DNA of 17,335 nt from Candidatus Bathyarchaeia archaeon (GTDB lineage: Archaea; Thermoproteota; Bathyarchaeia; Bathyarchaeales; Bathycorpusculaceae), in contig JBEKWR010000031.1 in assembly GCA_049512935.1 (NCBI GenBank), positions 1 through 17,335 on the forward strand, in the 5' to 3' direction. Below the pieces are notes generated by a model, which was given only the letters and a program-made list of their open reading frames with translations, made no database searches and was not told the DNA's origin. Below are positions 14,783-17,335 of this stretch, piece by piece (within the stretch, counting starts at the first letter, position 1; each line of letters opens with the position of its first letter). Both the position numbers and the translations under genes were made by a program.

Positions 14783-15588
14783 AAAAACCTTTGGAGTTCT
14801 ATGGCATTCAAGTTAGCAAACCAACCGATTGGGCAAAGGTCTTACGATTTGAATTATGTCCTTTCTTGAACAAGAAATGTGTAAAACAACGCAAAAGCAA
14901 TCCTCAACAAACAATTGGCGCCTGCACAATCGGATTTAAAGACGACCTACCGCTTATAATCTGTCCTCATCGGTTTTTACAACATAATAAAATTTTCGTA
15001 GATTCAGTCCCCTTGCTTGCAAAAGGTGAAAAATACTTCGTTTTACCTGAAATCAGTATGCCTGGGGGAAATATTGATTATTTCGTTATTTCGGAAGTAA
15101 AGGGAGATATCATTGACTACCTTGGACTGGAAATTCAAGGATTAGATACAACTGGTTCAGGCGGCATTTGGGCCGCTAGAGAAGACTTAAAGAAAGGAGA
15201 ATTTGGCGATAATTATTCCTACGGCATAAATTGGAAGATGTCTGCCAAAACAATTTTGATACAAATGCATCATAAAGGCCAAGCATTTGAATCCTTAGGG
15301 AAAAAACTTGTTCTTGTTACACAGAAAAGCTTTTTTGACTATATGACACGCGAATTTCGAACTCGGCATCTTCATGAAGCGGTAGGCGAGGATGCGATTC
15401 AGTTCCAAATTTATGATTGCATTCAACTTGAGGGCTGCTTCGAACTTGTTCTAACAACAAGAAAGAGCACAGACGTAATAGGCATGGAAGAGATGCTAAA
15501 ACTAGGACGCGAGCCAACAATTTCTGAGGAAGAAGTTGTTCGCAGAATCAAGGCAAAAATGGGGAGCGCAATTAAATTACAACTTTAA
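14779..15588 (+). CDS. NotI-family Type II restriction endonuclease
   Basis: Four N-terminal Cys (C27 CPFL, C34 KCVK, C49 GAC, C62 IICPHRF), GNIDY, LEIQGLDTTG and NWK...Q..HKG; ATGA overlap with the MTase. Confidence 0.82.
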   Translation: MKKPLEFYGIQVSKPTDWAKVLRFELCPFLNKKCVKQRKSNPQQTIGACTIGFKDDLPLIICPHRFLQHNKIFVDSVPLLAKGEKYFVLPEISMPGGNIDYFVISEVKGDIIDYLGLEIQGLDTTGSGGIWAAREDLKKGEFGDNYSYGINWKMSAKTILIQMHHKGQAFESLGKKLVLVTQKSFFDYMTREFRTRHLHEAVGEDAIQFQIYDCIQLEGCFELVLTTRKSTDVIGMEEMLKLGREPTISEEEVVRRIKAKMGSAIKLQL

Positions 15589-15739
15589 ACTCTGTCTTCC
15601 CATTTTAAAATAAACAAATTAACACCTATTAAGATACTTTACTAAATAATAGTTGGTTTGTTAGGGCTAGCAACCCCTTTTATTAACTGCCTTATCCTGC
15701 CATACGGTTTTAAGGATAACAAGACAAATCAGTTAACCA

Positions 15740-15952
15740 TTAAGGGCTTACGCCCTCAAGTGCGCCTGCTTCGTCGAGAATTGAGACGAACTCGTAGTAG
15801 GTTATTCCCAGTGTGGCGGCTGCTTGTCTGAAGGTTATTTTTCCAGCTTTCGCTTTAGTTGCGACCTCGTTAAATTTTGCCATTCCTTCGTCGCCGAATC
15901 TGGCTTTGTAGAGTTCAATTATTGTCTGTTTCCCAGCGTTATTGTTGCTCAT
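15740..15952 (-). CDS. Small UPF0175-like HTH protein
   Basis: GKITFRQAAATLGITYYEFVSILDEAG resembles UPF0175 (ISLGKAAELAG.S..EF...L...G); starts 5 nt downstream of the DUF362 gene. Confidence 0.6.
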   Translation of the reverse strand: MSNNNAGKQTIIELYKARFGDEGMAKFNEVATKAKAGKITFRQAAATLGITYYEFVSILDEAGALEGVSP

Positions 15953-15957
15953 TTTGG

Positions 15958-16800
15958 CTATCTTACCATTTTTGCTGGTTTGAATTTGCGTTGTACGTCT
16001 TCGAGTTTTGCGCCAAGGATTTCTATGTTGTCGATGTTGCCTAAGCCTTTCTCAGCTGCTGTTCTGATGTGGCTGATTTCATGTGGGTCCAACCCCATGA
16101 CTCTTGCGCCCGTTGCATCAGTGGCGACAACATCTCGCCCTGCGATTATCAGGTCCATTTTGACTGGGTCCCCGTCGGTTGGTCCTCTGCCCTCCATCGC
16201 GACGAAGCCGTCAACAACAGTCAAGACGGGTTTTATGACCGTGTTGATGTCGACTACGACTTTGCTTATGCCGTTCATGTGGTATTTTCCCTTAAACTTG
16301 TCAGGAAGCAACCCGAACATGTTTTTCATGCCCAACGTGACTTTGGTTGCCATGTGCGTCTTCAGCTTGGCGGCGCTGATTATGGCGGATTCCGTGACGA
16401 TGCGCGGCACCGTGATGCTCTTGAGCGTTTCGCCTTTGGGAATGGGAATTTTAACCTTGTCTTTCTCGTAGCGCAAGTTGAGGAATTTGACGCCGTTGCG
16501 CTCCACCATCTCCTTCATGCCTGTGGCTTCATAGGCTTTGTCAGCGTTCGTCATGGTTGCGTCTGACTCAACAACGATGGCTTCGATGCCTAAGTCTTTG
16601 AGCCGCAGGATTATGGCTTCAACCACCATAGGGTCGGTTGTGGCTCCGCTGTCCCATGTTTGCGTGTTTATGAAGTTGACTTTTATTAGAGCCCTCTTGT
16701 ACCCAGCCAAGGCTGACTTGTAATCGATTAAATCCAAGGCTTCCCAAACGGGTTCGTGCCCCCGCTCACCCTTAACAATCGCGACTGATGATTTATCCAT
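15958..16800 (-). CDS. DUF362-domain protein
   Basis: LIKVN, TTDPMVVEA, KLKTH...TLGMKNMFG, VVDGFVAMEGRGPTDG and DVVATDA motifs; GGTG RBS. Confidence 0.9.
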   Translation of the reverse strand: MDKSSVAIVKGERGHEPVWEALDLIDYKSALAGYKRALIKVNFINTQTWDSGATTDPMVVEAIILRLKDLGIEAIVVESDATMTNADKAYEATGMKEMVERNGVKFLNLRYEKDKVKIPIPKGETLKSITVPRIVTESAIISAAKLKTHMATKVTLGMKNMFGLLPDKFKGKYHMNGISKVVVDINTVIKPVLTVVDGFVAMEGRGPTDGDPVKMDLIIAGRDVVATDATGARVMGLDPHEISHIRTAAEKGLGNIDNIEILGAKLEDVQRKFKPAKMVR

Positions 16801-16876
16801 CTAAGACACCACTTTCCATAAGCCAGAGTCACCTTAACCTTTTTAACCTTTCACTCAACAAGGAAAAACCAGGAAG

Positions 16877-16888
16877 TTCCACGTGGAA
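16877..16888. repeat. Perfect 12-bp palindrome TTCCACGTGGAA
   Basis: Read directly; about 25 bp upstream of the DUF362 promoter (minus strand GAAAGG-TTAAAAA at 16840-16852). Confidence 0.7.
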
Positions 16889-17335
16889 AACGCGGCGCCA
16901 TTCAGTTTAGTTGTTCCCGACTTCTTCGGCTCTTTTCGACTTTTTCCCGCGTCCTTAACTTTTCTAACCCAACCTAAACTCAAATCAAGCCCCAAATCAA
17001 AAAAGCAACCGAAAACAAGCCCCGACTGGACGGGAATGTCGAGGAAAACAGGTATCAATGGATTTATACCTGCTTTTTCACGCAGTTCTATCTTTTCTGC
17101 ACTCAAAAAACGAGATCAGATGAGCTTGATTTGGGCTCTAAACCAAAAAATCAACATGAAACAAGCCCTGACCTACCCGACAGGGAGAGGGGAGAGGGTC
17201 TACTATTTACATCAAAATTCCATTGTAAAGATGGGTCAACAAAGACGAGGGAGGGGGTTTAGTGTTTGTGACCAAAAACCACCACGAAGATGAAGCATGT
17301 TGGGCAATTCCCGACCCTACAGGGGAACCTACTAT

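Noticed and set aside
13652-15739. 9-bp direct repeat AGTTAACCA flanking the R-M genes as a target-site duplication
   Set aside because: AT-rich 9-mer likely by chance; the left copy lies just before the start codon and inside the AT-rich segment rather than at its edge.
172-16723. Many alternative-frame and antisense ORFs in the track (e.g. 172-474, 410-817, 3716-4075, 8542-8952, 12765-13088, 15824-16471, 16069-16566)
   Set aside because: They overlap well-supported genes and have no recognisable motifs; shadow ORFs.
16855-17293. ORFs 16855-17106 (-) and 16883-17293 (+)
   Set aside because: Mutually overlapping, low-complexity, compositionally skewed and motif-free; probably non-coding.
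1-17335. CRISPR array, tRNA, rRNA, transposase or integrase
   Set aside because: No regularly spaced repeats, cloverleaf/T-loop signatures or recombinase motifs seen by eye.

Overview
Archaeal window. Gene content (eL13, eL15, RNase P Pop5/Rpp30, a DUF3227-like domain) and the BRE/TATA style suggest a TACK lineage, most likely Bathyarchaeia (inference). In order: end of porA and porB; a convergent vapBC pair; a regulatory-domain-less DRE-TIM synthase with Re-citrate-synthase-like features; the rpl15e-rpl13e-COG1325-rnp3-rnp2 operon with a structured 5' leader; an arsenic cassette (acr3-arsC-arsC divergent from a Cys-rich AbrB-fold gene and arsM) with no ArsR; a ~2 kb block of small genes; a YkgJ-family protein; a DHA2 MFS transporter; an AT-rich Type II R-M pair (m4C MTase plus NotI-family endonuclease); UPF0175-like and DUF362 genes; and a non-coding end with parS-like and ORB-like motifs. 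The 2 kb block holds two genes missed by the ORF track (a 41-aa zinc ribbon and a TRAM protein with no canonical start codon) plus a fusion of a TFB C-terminal repeat to a DUF3227-like domain. Best candidates for new biology are the AbrB/HgcC-like putative As(III) sensor with a palindromic operator, and the truncated-TFB fusion next to a palindrome of BRE-like half-sites. Family assignments are from motif recognition and memory, not database searches.
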